This document shows, in pieces, positions 1 to 14,503 of a DNA stretch of 49,066 nucleotides; within the stretch, counting starts at the first letter, position 1; each line of letters opens with the position of its first letter. The stretch is taken from contig NOWV01000001.1 of assembly GCA_003344405.1 (NCBI GenBank), forward strand, positions 1,612,001-1,661,066, given 5' to 3'. A program made the position numbers and the translations under genes. The stretch comes from Trichoplax sp. H2 (lineage: Eukaryota). The notes below the pieces were generated by a model. That model saw only the letters and a program-made list of their open reading frames with translations, ran no database searches and was not told where the DNA came from.

Positions 1-2229
1 TAGATAATACTATAAATTCTTAGTTACGTATGTATATGTATGTGCTAAATATGTTGCAATTACGTTAAAATAGAGCATATCGTAGCCTTATTTTATCAGC
101 CAGCATCTCTAAGCAAATGAAATTTAATTTAATTAAGCACCATTTCCACTGTTTAAAAGTTGATACTATCTGTTTGTTAACGTTATAATAAATCATTCAC
201 ATATAATTATCTAATAATTGGATCAAATGTAAGTAATTCTCACCCGTATTAATGAATGGTACGTGATTTTTGGTCGATAATGATGAATTTCAAGCTGTAG
301 AAGATTTGCTTTACTGTTTCTTCATAGGTTAATAATTATAAATGTCTATTTTCCGTGATAGAAAATTTAAATCTTTTATCTTTCGAAATTGCTATAATAT
401 GGAGATGTGATGAAATAGTTTTAAATTTATACTACTAGCTGAATTAATCAAAACGCGGCAACATTAATCAATTAGATTTTTGTTAGAAAATACGTAACAT
501 AAAGTATTGACAGTTCAGACTGTTTTATTAACAAACTAAGCATATTTGTCATAATTCCTATCTTAAAATTATCTACTTTCTTCTCTAGAACTAGAACGAA
601 AATAAAAATGATCATAAAATATATTTATCTCCTTTAACGTATTTGTAATAAGCTAAATTGACCTTGAATTCTAGCGATCACAGAGCTTGTGAGCAATAGT
701 GCTATTTTAGAGCTGCAACGGCCAGAAATAATGCACTTTATCTCAAAAATGATATTGCAACATGGGGCCTTAGCATCTGATCATTAAAACTGAAGTAAAG
801 TCTCTATAACATATTGTCAAAGACATAAACGCTCAATCGTACTTTGCTATTAGTGCTACTGAAAGCTAATTATTTCTAACGTACCGTATAAGAGGCGCGA
901 TGAATTCAAATTTAGGTGCTGAGTCTCTATATGTACAGGGGGTGTTTAAATTAATTACCCGGTAGAATTATGTTACAAGTGGAGGGTAGTAGACCCAGTA
1001 TGGATTGCTAATTGCATTGACTAGGAAGGCAGCCTTACAGCTTTGATTTAATTATATTCTATCGATTGGCTGCATAATTACAAATGATTAATCTACCATA
1101 TTGCAAGACATATGTTTATAACTAAATTTATATACATAGCACGAATGTTATGAATCCAGTGTGAGAAAGTTAAAAGATATAATAGTACTCAAGAACTTCT
1201 ATTTTAATGTGTACCAGAAAATTTGAAATAAAGCGTTATTTTACGGATGAGTCTTCTATAAAAGGTAAATTGGAAATTTTAATATTAGTAAGTTAATAGG
1301 ATATATTGTAAGCAAAGGTATAGATTTCTTTGATTAAAGTGAAGACTGGTTTTGCTATCGTGTCCTAGAGTTATTCCACATACTCGGTAAAAGTTAAAAC
1401 GCATCAGATTAATAGAATCGCTAAGTCACATTATTATTTAAATTAGCTCTAGTTAGCATAAAACATGGCCATAACATTGATATTTTAATCACCTAATACT
1501 AGATTATCTAATAAATGTACTAGATTTAGTAATTTTATACTATAAGAAGAAATATTATCTATGTTGTTACTCTTCTGGCAATAATATCAAAACTGTAATT
1601 AAATTCTATTTGCAGAAGGCCCACGCTATTATCTTATTCGTTCTCTAATTTCTATAAAGCAATAACTATAGGGAGAGATAACACGTACAGTTAGTCTAAT
1701 ATTATACTAGCGTACCTATAATACGTTCAAAAATATCGAACACATTGGATAGCAAAAGTAGTGTTTATACGTAGACTTAAAATTCATTTTTATATAGATT
1801 TTTGGGCAATCATAATTTTCTTGAGATTTTTCTGAACCTATAAACTCATAATATGCTAACATAGTTTCTTTAGAGATCGAGAAAATCTATCCGAATAGTA
1901 ACAACGATAAAAATTTCTAAATCGGGTTGGCTAGAAATCGTTTTATACCTATTCACATTGATATACAGACTATACTGTAAGCAAAGAACAAATATGATAC
2001 AATTACAGTGTAAAATGAGTCAACCTAATAGTTAAGCCGCAATAGGAAACTATATTACAATTTCGTAAGGCAGTTTAATAAACATTTAATCAGAAAACAC
2101 CATATAAGTAGGAAAACAAGCAAATATAGCTATCATCGGCAGTCTTTAACTTCAATAATTGAGATCGGTACGGTAGTACCTTGCTCGGAGTTGTTAGAAT
2201 TAACAAATAGTATTTACTGGATCATCACA

Positions 2230-3465
2230 ATGAGTAAGTGTATACTGAAGGATTACGTTCTAGTAATATCCCTTCAGCCTATTAATATCCTTACATTCTA
2301 GATTCCAATGTCAACATTTAGCTATGACAACAAGAAATAACTCAGTTACTGGAAATTAAATACAAAAATTATGTTATGAACATCTTAGGAGCCCAATCAG
2401 TGATGCTTTATTTTTGTACTTCTACTCTATTAAAATTTTTACGTACACTTGTAGACTGATATTCATTGATCAGCCTAATAGATTCTATAAAATATAGCAA
2501 GATAGGAAATGGGATTATTTATGTTAGTTACTTATTCATAAGATTTCTGCTAAATTCTATTCAGTCTAAGGCATTAATACTAGATAAAACAATTTCAATC
2601 TTTAGTATTGTTTTTGACGCCATGATAAATGATTAATTATGTAAAATGGTTTCTCAAAAATTTGCTATAAAAGCTCCTAAGTGTTTTGTAGCTTTTCCAT
2701 TTACTTAAAGTTATCTAACTATACGATCAGGGTTTAAGCTTGATAGTTATCCGTAAGAATTGAAAAATACTTATATTACTGCATACAATATTGTTTTGCT
2801 AGTAGGATTATTTCCATCCGTGGCCTGTCTTGGGAGAATAAATTGACAATTATTTTAAGAAATAGAAAGCTTTCCCTTTTTTGTAGATGTAGAGATGGTT
2901 ATGCACTTTGGCCCAGGTCTTGATGTTCCAATCTTAGTGGCTACATGTATTAGCCTGATTGGTCTAGCCATTAGTTTGGTTATTATTTGCATAAATGTAA
3001 ATTGTTCGGATCATAAGGTAAGCAAAGGAAATGTCACACTGTATTCTAATCTTTCGTCATTGAGTGCTCTAAAATGGTTATTTTATTACAAATTATTTTT
3101 TTACAAAAATATCCGCTACTATTAATAATTGATTTTGTTATGAGCATTAACAATGTATACCTTCGTGTTATGCTATAAATAATAACCAACTTATATTAGT
3201 GTGTACCTCTATAAAACAAATAGAGTACTTACAATTATATTGTTGCAAGGAAAAAAGCTTGGTAATAGGTACAAATCTAATTTATGATACTATGTTGAAC
3301 TATAATTAGAAAGAAAGGATGGGAGAGCTAGAAATTCCGACCATTGTTATTGAAGACTACGATGAAATTCTCAGAAAAAACGGTGAAGGTGAAAGTGGGA
3401 AAGTAATTCATGGACGTCGATTATCTGTATTACCGGGTGGAGTAGCCGATGATGCAAACATTTGA
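2230..3465 (+). CDS. Gene A: 96-aa single-pass membrane microprotein (3 coding exons) with PxIxIT-like and RRxS motifs in the tail
   Basis: Exons 2230-2233 (ATGA|gtaagt), 2887-3017 (tttgtag|...AAG|gtaagc) and 3310-3465 (aattag|...TGA) join in frame: MNVEMVMHFGPGLDVPILVATCISLIGLAISLVIICINVNCSDHKKERMGELEIPTIVIEDYDEILRKNGEGESGKVIHGRRLSVLPGGVADDANI. One hydrophobic segment is followed by a charged tail. The 4-nt first exon is the least certain part; an ATG at 2895 is also in frame. Confidence 0.7.
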
Positions 3466-5383
3466 TATCAATTATGGATCTTTTCCCAACTCTTTAATGG
3501 AGTTACTTATATTAGTTTGTGTCTAATCTATGGTCTTACTCTATGAGACGGCTAGTAAAACTTATTCTATTCATAAGTAAAGATGTATTCAAAGAAATTC
3601 ATGAATAATTTATGGAGAAACGAAAAGATGAATCATACTTCCTGAACTAAGAAGAAAATGGGTTGGAAGCCGATAGCAGCTTGAATTATAGGCACATCTA
3701 AATAACATGACATAGACAAATTTGATATCGAAGTAATTTTCTAGTCGCATACGCAAAATGAGCAAATGATCGTTGTAAAGGACTTAAAATGGCTTACTGT
3801 CAACATATTGATAACCATACCTTCTTCAACAAGCTCTGATGTAGGTAAGAAATGATTCTCCTGTAAATAACGAAAATTTGGTCACACTTGCGCGAAAAAT
3901 TTCAACGAATTCTTATTCTAATAAGAATGAAATCTGACAGTTATCAATATCAAGCAAATCATTGCGTGTGCAATAGCTCATAGTTAATAAATTGCAATTC
4001 CAAGTCCATTTCTAGATAAGAAATGAGACAAGGTCGACTTTTAAATGTTGCTAAAAATCAATATTCTATGTATTGATAGAGGAAAGAGCTGTAACACAGC
4101 ATTGGTCAATTTAGCCATGAAGAGTAGCAATTCCATCTTATCTTAAACATGGCTAAGCAATTGGTTAGATTATGCTCAGTATTATCGAAGCAATTTGTTA
4201 TCGAAACTTCAATAAAAGATTCACCACAGCTGCAAAAAATGAAGTGATCGTATACGAAACTAACATTCGTTTCATGAATCTACTGATAGACAAGTTTAAT
4301 AAATTTATAGGATCTATACTTAGGTCAATTGAAAGTGTAAATTTAGCTAGGGTCCCCATTTATGTGAGTACGGTAAATTATTTATAAAAGTCATAGCTTC
4401 TAATTTATAAATAAGTATGCATCGAATTATACCTATGTTATTTCTGAAAAGTTGTTAACAACCTCATCGATTATTTCTAGCATTTCAGTAATTTATATCT
4501 AGGTGCGGTATTAATAGTATATAAGTACTGTACTAAATCGTAGACTGCTTTGCTTATGTTTGTTTGAAGCAACATCATACAGGTTATGCGAATAATCTAA
4601 TGTAATTTGAGTGAGTGTTTTAAGATGGCTCACTCAATTTAGTAGCAGGATATCTGACCATTGTAACTACCGCACCGATCGATAAAACGAGTTTTATTTG
4701 GCACCGGATTTATATCGTATTTTATTATTAAAATTAAATTATAAACTATTACTGTTCATAAAATGAAGTTTTTTCGATGTTTCACTAATCTCAATGTGAA
4801 TTGTGTAATTAATGAGATGTTAAATAATATTTAGCAAGTTTTGTAAAGTTAAGCCACCTATTCCCTATCGATGTCATGACGTCAGTGAGTCATAACTATT
4901 GATCACAAGTCGATATCTTGTTAATCATTTGGTATAAAAAAGATTCACTGAAATTTACCCCTTTACATCTTCATGTTTTACGTCATAAAAAATCCACAGC
5001 TTTTAAATAATTTAGGAATTTGAGTGGGCACGTTCTTTCTATAAATATTGTACATTACTTATAGCTTGATGGACAGTATCAATTAAATTAAAGTATAATT
5101 GGGTACTTTTCACGTGCAATTTATTCCAGTGCTAATCGATTTTTGGATGTTATAAAATTTTACTCTTCCGAATCTGATCAGTTGCACCGTCATGCAAATT
5201 GGTATACTTAATATTAGGATTTAAAAAGGTTAATAATCCTTAGCAATTAATGTGTAAGTCAGCTTAAGGTATGTAAAAAATTACATGGTATATCATAATT
5301 GAGAATAGAGCATTCCCTAAAATCATTCTAAAATGAGATTTTCCTTTATTTTCTCTCTCTGTATACAGTATATATCAGGATGA

Positions 5384-5981
5384 ATGATTCCGCAGAAATA
5401 TGATATTACTACAGATTTCGACATAGAAATAGAGCTTGAAAAATATGCGCTGATATTAGTTATTCTTAAGATCCTATTCCATGGTGTTATTACAACCTAC
5501 TTGCAGTATTTCTGCACATCAATCATGGCGAATTTAGGCAGTGTCAGCTTGAAAAGGTTAATGCAATGACTATTTAAATCGTCTTTAATATTACTATTAA
5601 TATGGAAGGAAAATTCATTTGGAATGGCATGCTAAGCTTTAGGACACATTAAGATGTGCAATGAAAATGGCAATGAATAAATTTATGATAATGCTTCTAG
5701 GCTAGTAATTGTTGTAGAATTTAAGATTGCCAATATCACAAATCTCTATTCGGAATATTTATATCCATTGCATCAACTTGTAAAAATTTACAAGTATTGA
5801 CCACTTTTCTTAATCTACAGATTACTACGCTCGAAATTTTTATTGCAAATCCACTTTGCAACTATCTTTTTCGTATCCAGCTATGTAACTGGATATAAGT
5901 AGGATTATTTTTGCATATGCTTGATATTGACCTTTATTTGACTAGAGATACAATCGCGATTCCGTTCAATTTTTAAATTAA
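5384..5981 (+). CDS. Possible small hydrophobic protein or degenerate gene (tentative 3 exons, ~90 aa)
   Basis: A strong polypyrimidine acceptor lies just upstream (ttctctctctgtatacag, ends 5368). Tentative exons 5384-5556 (|gttaat), 5821-5884 (|gtaact) and 5946-5981 join in frame: MIPQKYDITTDFDIEIELEKYALILVILKILFHGVITTYLQYFCTSIMANLGSVSLKRLLRSKFLLQIHFATIFFVSSYRYNRDSVQFLN. Donors are weak. Faint resemblance to exon 1 of gene G (TDF...ILKLLF). Confidence 0.3.
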
Positions 5982-6820
5982 TATTTGAGATAAGATTATT
6001 TTTAAGGATAGATTTAGGGGATAAAGATACTGCTATAAAAGTATAAATCGAAATACTGTAGAAGGTTTATGCTGGTATTAGCAGTATAGACAATGACTTC
6101 AGGACTTTGTTATAAATAAAATCATAACTCATTTCAATTTTTAAATCAGTATTTGAGTATAAGGTTCCTAATCTAAGGGATAATTTTAGAGAACTAAGAA
6201 AGCCTAAGTGTAAAAAAGAAATCGAAATAGATGATTTTTGGTGGCATCAGCATCGTAGGGTATGACCCCATGGCTATGCTATGAATCATGATTATAAAAT
6301 GAACTATTCTAAAATTTTCATTTTAATCTAATTAATTTCTTAATTAAATATTTTTAGTTAAGCTTTCAGTCATTTTGTAGATAAGACAATATAAAGCAGC
6401 TTTCCGTATTATTCCGTGGCTACAATGGCCATGAGGCATTTTAAGCAACTTCTCTTACTTTATCTTGTGTTCAGTCGCAGGTAGCTTAAATTTCTGCCCA
6501 TATGTTTTATATTGTAATAATGTAATAGTGTACACCTATGCAAAATATCAATAAATTGTCTTATTTGCAACCTAAGCCTGTTGTAGAAGGGTGCTGATTT
6601 TATTGAAAATCTGGCCAAATTAAACGAAGTCTTATTGCATTAAAATTTAGTCCAATATAATTGTCTGCAGATTTTGTCAAGCAAGTATTCTTGCTAAATA
6701 CAAAATAAACAGCACTGAGTAGCACTTTTCCAGCCATCAACATATTTAGTGATTTTGGCAGCAAATTTGTCCACTTCGCTATTTGAAAATTGTATTATAC
6801 CCGTATTCAGTAAGAAAAAA

Positions 6821-8741
6821 ATGCAATATATCAATCCAGCAGCAACTTCGAGAATACCAAGATACCTTTTAGCTACGAGCATTTTTCAGATTATTAGTGG
6901 ACTAGGTGCATCAATTACCGGCAGCGTAGCTTTCATTCTACGTCAAGAAGATAGCAATGTTGGCTTAGTGAGTGCAGGAGGAATATGGAGTGGCTTTTTT
7001 GTAAGTATAATAATATTTTTCGTTACTTGTATGCTTTCCAGTATATATATAATCGCGTAAACATCATGTTTTGCTTTTAAATATGAACAAAGTCTTATCT
7101 CCTGAAATTAACTATAATTTTATTAGTATTAGTTTTTTAATACTATAAATAAAAAAAAGATAGCTTGCTGTACTTTAGCTTTTATGTTATACATTTTACT
7201 TCACTATTATGGAAATGTCCAAGTATATTAATTACATTTTAATTCTGGAACTAAAGTATTAATATTTGAAAGCTTCACATTAGCCATATTATTTAATTTC
7301 TTAAAATCGAATGATACCTGATGATATGCTACCAAATTGTATTGGATAAATCTCAATATAACATTTAATTAGCCACAGTAATGTGTCGTATGGTACATTA
7401 GGAGAAGATTATCTATAAAAAAGAAGTAAAAAGTGATCAAATCTTTGAATCTTTGAATTAATAGCCATTGTATATGTAGTTGCAAGCTTGAACTAAGAAC
7501 GAGGTTTAACCATAAAATTTATCAAATTATTAAATAGTATAATCCATAAATTCACCAACTTTAGCAACGATTAAATGAATGGAGTACGTAGATAAATCAA
7601 AATATTACGGCCAAAAAATTAATTATGAAACAGTCAGTAAATCTGAGAGCTAGCTGATGGTATAGGTTAAATAGAATAAAATTCGCTATCTGTTAGATAA
7701 ATGTTAGCATTTTACGATTAACCTTTCCTGGAGAATTGGGATATATACGAAAAGAACAATTAAGAATTATTACTATAATTTCCGATCAAATTGTCCCGAT
7801 GTTAGATAAATGAAGTAACCTCTAGATATTTTATATCATATCAATTTCTAAATTGATGATTTTGTCTTTTATTCGTTGCATTTCGATCTCTTATTAATTT
7901 GCTATTCCTATTTATATAGTTAATGTGTAGTGGCATACTTGGTGTACTGTTTCATGTCTTCAAGTACAAAAATAAGAACTTGGTTGGTATTCTTAGATTC
8001 TCATGATAAAAGGCTGTATTAAATTAACAAGTCTAATTGCAATTAATCCACGTGCATTATATCTATCATCTTCTGAATTTAAATATATAATCCTAGATTA
8101 CGATCACTACGTTTACTGCTATAGCTATACTGTGAAATTGTACTAACTTGAATGAATAATTGAAACTGTTAGGCTGCAGCAAGAGTAATTTTGTCTTGTA
8201 TGGCAGTGGCTACATCAGCTACAGCATTTGCTCTTCACCTATATGGAACAAGAACGAAGATTTCTGTTTATCTTAGCGCTTTTCTAGCTGTAGGCTTTGT
8301 TTGCAGTATGACTAAAACCTCCATTGTAAGTTACGATTGTTGCCGGACTTTGACAACCGAGGTAAAAAGTGTTGACGAATTTCATTTTAAGTTACTATTT
8401 TAATTCAGCTGTATTATAAACGCAATATAAATTTATGGTCACTTTCATTCTCGTTCAACTTATAAACATAAAAATTTTTCCTTTTGTGACTGTAGGAAGT
8501 TAACCGAACTACAGTAGCTCCAGCAGTGAATTATCCTTATTTACAAGTTCCTGTCTTCGTTGAGCCTGTTCCACGATATAGTAATAATACCATCCCTCTT
8601 CAAAATCTTCGCTCTCATCATAACGAAAATCCAATTATCGTTAGTTATCCGCAAAGTCATCAATTTCCGATGTCGCAAACCTATAGCAATAATCCATCGG
8701 CTTTCGTTACTTACAAGCCAGCTAATAAAGTGGAAGCTTGA
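6821..8741 (+). CDS. Gene B: four-TM membrane protein, MS4A/CD20-like, ~225 aa, Pro/Tyr/Gln-rich C-tail
   Basis: Exons 6821-7000 (|gtaagt), 7920-7982 (tatag|...|gttggt), 8173-8361 (ttag|...|gtaaaa; alternative in-frame donor gtaagt at 8326) and 8496-8741 (tgtag|...TGA), all phase 0. The junction reads ...SAGGIWSGFF|LMCSGILGVLFHVFKYKNKNL|AAARVILSCMAVATSATAFAL..., resembling the MS4A TM2 signature (G..W.G..F..SG.L). AATAAA at 8891. Confidence 0.8.
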
Positions 8742-11700
8742 GCACACGATAGGAGTAAATATTAACAGTTTGTAGAGCAGTTATTAGCAGCAGGGATAAA
8801 TTTAACGATTCAACAAGACCGAGACAGTAGAATGGTTACTCTTTAATATGACTGGCATATGATTTTTCTACACTATAAGCCTACCGTATCAATAAATACT
8901 TATTTCTTTCTTAGATCAGTCAAATATGCAGTGTACGAACGCTACTGATTACTATATCTCACTTGGTCGCCCATAAAAATAATACTAGACGCACTTCTAC
9001 TTTGCTTCTTGCTTTAACAGCATTGCGTACATATCAATTCAAAAATCATGAAATAGAATAGAACAACTTCTAAAACCTAATCAACAGGGATATTTTCGGT
9101 ATCAACGATAGCATCAGGTATAATATCTGTATGCTGTATGTGTATACATAAAAACATAGTTATCACCTTACTATTTCTCCTTAATAAAAACCTACTATAC
9201 CTGTTCTTTATATATAGCAATATGAATTTATTTCAGAAGATTATAATAAGTTTTTACCGTTTTAAAATGTAAATACATAAAAATAGTAATAGAATTAACT
9301 TTAATTTAAGGTTTAAACTTAACCAGATTAAGATTAAAATAATAAGAAGCAGAGTATTAGATGATTTTTGTTACTTTCCGTTCTTCAATCGATACTCAGT
9401 TTAGATAGTACGTAATACATTTAATACTATAGCAGCTAAAAATTAACAATTTCGACGTTTTGATTTCTTCTAATTATAAATCAGAGCCTCAGAAGGAGCT
9501 TTTTCTAACTGTTATTGCCAATGCCAATTGATTATCTTAATTTGATCTGTTCATATCGAGGCCATTAACACGTTTCATACTTCATCTCACTAATTAGTTG
9601 GTTTATGGCCGATCTTGATTTAATTTTTCTCACATTGTGACGATGCATTTTTAGTTATTATGATGAATTTCAAAACTATAAATATAAATTCTAACTCTAT
9701 TAAACAGTTGATCTGTATACGGATGCCCAATAAAATTTTTAAAATGTTGCGAACAGGCTAATGGCCAAAGTTGTTATCATACTGTGTAAATCTATAGACT
9801 GCAGTAATTTTGCTTTCAATTATTACGTTCGTTCAATTACTATTCTACTCAACGGACTGAAATTCGTTAAAATATCGAACGAAAAATGAAGTAATAGTTA
9901 AGGTATTAGTACATACAGTGCTTTACATCGAAAAATTTCGTCATTCTCTATTTTTTAAAAGCTATTAACGAGATATTATGGAAGCTTTCTACTTACAGTA
10001 CTATTATTGTAAAATTTTAATAAACAGCCGTTTATGATACTCCCAGTAATGAATCAAGATGATTATCATTATCTGTACTTCAACAAGTAATAGTGGCTGG
10101 TTGAATTCGCACATTTTAAGTATGTATTGATATAAAAATAAATTGTTTTACCGTTTATATTTGTATTTGCAGTACTTATACTACTAGTACATGTATATAA
10201 AGAATAATTTTCAAAATTCTATCGATTCACCTTTGCAATCGATCTATAATAATTTATTACCGACGTGACTTTAAATCTTTGATCATTTCCATATCTACTA
10301 CGTTAAAATAAGTTTAGAAATGAGCTTTCAAAATGAAATATTCATCTAACACAGTAATCTTTTATTGTAAACCCATCGTTATTTATTAAATACCGAAAGT
10401 ACATACGCTAACTGATCATCCGAAAATTATCACTTATAGACGACATCAAATATAGCATGAAATTCTACTCAAATAGCACCCAAACATTGGTGCAATAACT
10501 ATTGATAACGTTAAAGTCATAAAATCAAGGATAAATTGATAGTATTAAGGACGTGGATGTTATTTAGATATTACTAGACTAGTCATCTAATAAACATGCA
10601 TGCCGTATAGTTGCATTTCTTTCCGGATATTAGCCAAGGCTTATTCATTTTGCAAGCGTCAATATTAAAAATTTCAGGCTATAAAGCATTAATTCCCTCC
10701 GTTTTCCGCTCGATTATAGAAGAGAACACATGGAATATAAACTGTACCTGCACTACGCATATTGAATTAAAGCACCGCTGATTTATAATAGGAGTATGCG
10801 TAATTATTGGTGATGCTAACTTCAAAACATCCGACAATTAAAATTTTTATCTATTAAATTAAAAACTAACCATATTCTCATCACCAAATAGGCCAAAGAA
10901 TCTATGATCATATGATTTTAAACAAAATGTAGTGTTCACTTCTACTAATGAAGCCACTCTTGAAACTAATATGTGTAATTTCTTTAGATATTGGTATGTT
11001 TCTAAACAATACTACCAGAAGACATATTGCCTATTCAAAGGCATCACTTCTAACCTTAAGAGTTATCGACTGTAGTCACTACGTATTTACGAATACCTTA
11101 AAGTATTATTTCGCCAGCTCGAAATTGTAAAGCCCTTTAACTATTGTTTTAAAAATATTATCGTTTAAAGGAGTAATAACTCGAAATTAATATAACAGGA
11201 AATTCAATTTCTAGGAAATTTCAATTGATTACTTGAGTTGCTTCTCCAATCAAGGCGAAAGACATGAATTATTTCTAATGTCTTGTATAAACATAATTCA
11301 AACAGAATTTTATTATTCGGTTTACAAGATTTATCTTTTTTTGGATTATATTCCATTTCCATATCTACATATTATACCTTATATATTTTAGAATAGAGTG
11401 ATTCATATCTAAAATAGCAAAATTAGCTATCAGTGATAGTTGTATCGAATTATAATCATAACTATTGCAAAAGGTTAAAGCTCCTATAGTTTTGAGTCCT
11501 AATAGTAAATACGTCTTATACAGTATGCGCTATTTGTAAACGTATATGAACAGCAATCACTATTAGGAGACTTAATAAATTTTTTTCGAGTTAGTCCATG
11601 ATATTGGCCTACTTTCGTCATATTTCACTTTGTAATACATCATTTTTTTATATATAAGCCCATGAACATATCATGAATGAGATGTCTCAATTGACTTTAG

Positions 11701-14503
11701 CAGTATGAAAATCTAACATAGGGAGTATGTTGGTTGTAGTACTTTGGGTAGCGTAGCATTCAATAGATATTGGAGATATGAAGAATTGGTTATTCTCCTT
11801 TATTCACCATGTTTTCACACTATTACGTTCATAACACGCGATGCGGTAAAGCATAAAGTCTCGTAGCTTAGTCTATAGTGTCGATAATTAATTAATATCA
11901 TCGTATTTTGCATAGATAAGTAATGATATTTTATAGCGTAAACGGACTAGTATTGTATGATAACAAAATACTACAGTACATTAGCAGTATGTGTAATAAT
12001 AAAAATATAAAATAAATGGCTACCGTGACATGTAGCTATAGCATAAATGATTCGCTTTAAAAGGGGTTTCCTTATAGAAAATAATTCATAATATCATAAA
12101 GTTATAAAGTAATAAGTGTCTTATTCTGATTACGTATTTCTGCACATAATACTCATTCAAATTAATTAACACTCTATATTCCCTCATATCATAATCTAAC
12201 ATTTCGAATTTAAAAGTATTAAATATCGTAATAAAAAAAATCTATCTTTTGGTCATCCATTATAAAATATGGACAATTTCCTCTGATAAAAATATGCTTT
12301 CCCTTACTCCGATTCAATCAATGTAGAATTTTTTTCTCTTCCGTCGATGGCTTATTCTAACCAGAATAAATTGATAGGAATAAGTAAATGGACTACGATG
12401 ATTAGCTAGCATGATCGTTGAAAAATCAAACGTCAGCGGCCACTACTCATTTAAAATTTAGCCTGGACATATAGACAGCGACAGAGACATTCAATGATTT
12501 TGTTTAATTAGTACTATTGAAATTAATATCGACAGCTGTTAATGGATACTGTATATCCTTTTAATACAGTATCGATGTTATCAAACAATAGCCGCTACAA
12601 ATTTCTTTTAAAAATAGTACTATTCTAATCCTCTGGCTTGTTGAATGAATAATTTATCAATATAATTTGCAACGCCAAGTTGATGAAGAAAGCTAAACTA
12701 GCTATCGGTTTTAATCCATTAATAATAGATTAAGTATAATTGACACTAGTTATCAAAATATTATGACTAGACAATTAAAGTACCACCAGACTCTTTCTTT
12801 ATTACCAGGTATGATTGACTTTGACATCGATAATTGAACCGCGGTAAAAAGACTTATTCATCCAATTATGATAATAGTTGTTACAAGAGAAATGCGTTCT
12901 ATCGCATTAAATTGATAAACTGATGATGCAGGCATTAGAGTTTTAAGTATAGATTTTTTAGCACCTAGAATGGGATAAATTTTGTTCAATTTTATGCTTG
13001 GCCTAAATTTCAATCATTGACTTTAAATTTGGCTGCCTGCCATGAGCAAGTTGTATCTAGTAATGGCATAGTATGTCATTCTTGGATTTTTATCAACCGT
13101 TTATGGTATATTTCCGCTTAGCAATTTGAATATCTGTTCTTTAAAGGGAAATAAGGATAATTTTCAGTTGCTAATCTTGCATTATTTTAATATGACGATA
13201 TTATCCATTAGAATAAAACGTCTATTCAATAGTTACTGTATGCCTATATTATCCATTTGAAGATAATAGACGTGACGTGTAAAAGTTTGGAGTATTTACC
13301 AGAAATGAAGACTAAACGTTGCTATTTATATTCTACTAGCTAATGGACTTTTGAATGCTATCATTGAGTTATTATTTGAACAGTTGTAGAATAAGCATAC
13401 TTGCAATCGATCGAAATTTATCGACATAAAGAACGACAAATTTTGACATACGGATTGAAAGGGCTTTTTAATGGATAACAATAAGGCTATATTTGATCAG
13501 TTGCTGAGGAATTCAAATTGATTTATTATGATACATCAAAAGTAGTGTAGCAAAATAGGATACTTGAGTGGTTATTTACAAAGTTTCTTCTTCCTGTTGA
13601 CAAGATAAAATGTAATAGCTAATCGACGTATGTCTTGCCATTACAATGATATATTACAGTTATTACTTTAGTGCAGTTAGATTGTTCAATTCCTCTAAGG
13701 CTTACTCATGGTATAAGGTTATCGCTGCTTGATTGTTGATGATCGATATTTAACGGGTAGATTTACTACTGATTGTAGAAATACACTTGCAAATATATCT
13801 TGTAGATCATAGCTCGCTGCATTGCCTTCCATTTGCTTCCATATTATCAATAACATTAATTGATTCCACTACCTTAGCTGAGAGTTAAAACAACAGTCGG
13901 ATTGACTAATGATGGCCGAGGTAAAAATAGAAAAGAACCTTCAAGTGATTAGTTATTGCTTAATTCAACAAATTAAGGGAAAATTTACTTTGCAGAATTT
14001 CCATAACAATCGATCAAGTTAACTAGCGTGGTCAATCAACAATAGATTATGTTGACATCTTGCATAATTTTGATATCTATGTCGCCATATTACTGGCTTA
14101 GATGTCGTCATTTGCTAGCTGATTTGATCAGGGCTATAATAAGAATGAACTAACAACAGTGGTTTTATTCGTATTAAAAAAGGAATCATTATACAATCAT
14201 TTAATTATCTGTAAGTAGTAGAGTTAGTGAATTGATTAAAATATTGAGTTGTTGATTGGAAAAAGAAGACGAAAAACCACAGTTTGGGCAGTTGACCTAA
14301 ATGTATGCAGAGTGATGAGCCGATAGAGAGAAAACGTGCTGAGATTATTTCGATGACCAAGGAAGCTTTTTTACATCATTTTAAAGGATAGACGGCAAAA
14401 ATATAGTAATATCATTTTTTTTTGTCATTGGTGTTAGCAATTTTACCCTTTTCAAGACGTAAAAGCTTGCTATCACTCTAAAGTGCCGTTGGCAGGGAAT
14501 GCC

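Noticed and set aside
4172-4387. Isolated short ORFs (also 10948, 16772, 20891, 32163, 38822, 45724)
   Set aside because: No splice context, no recognisable motifs, and lengths expected by chance.
5971-6300. Diverged two-copy ~170-bp tandem duplication
   Set aside because: Similarity is patchy in very AT-rich DNA and there is no functional signal.
11723-11866. Short frame EYVGCSTLGSVAFNRYWRY... resembling a rhodopsin-GPCR TM3 (TL..IA.NRY) motif
   Set aside because: Bounded by stops, with no other GPCR helices recognisable nearby; probably chance, though a tiny pseudogene relic cannot be excluded.
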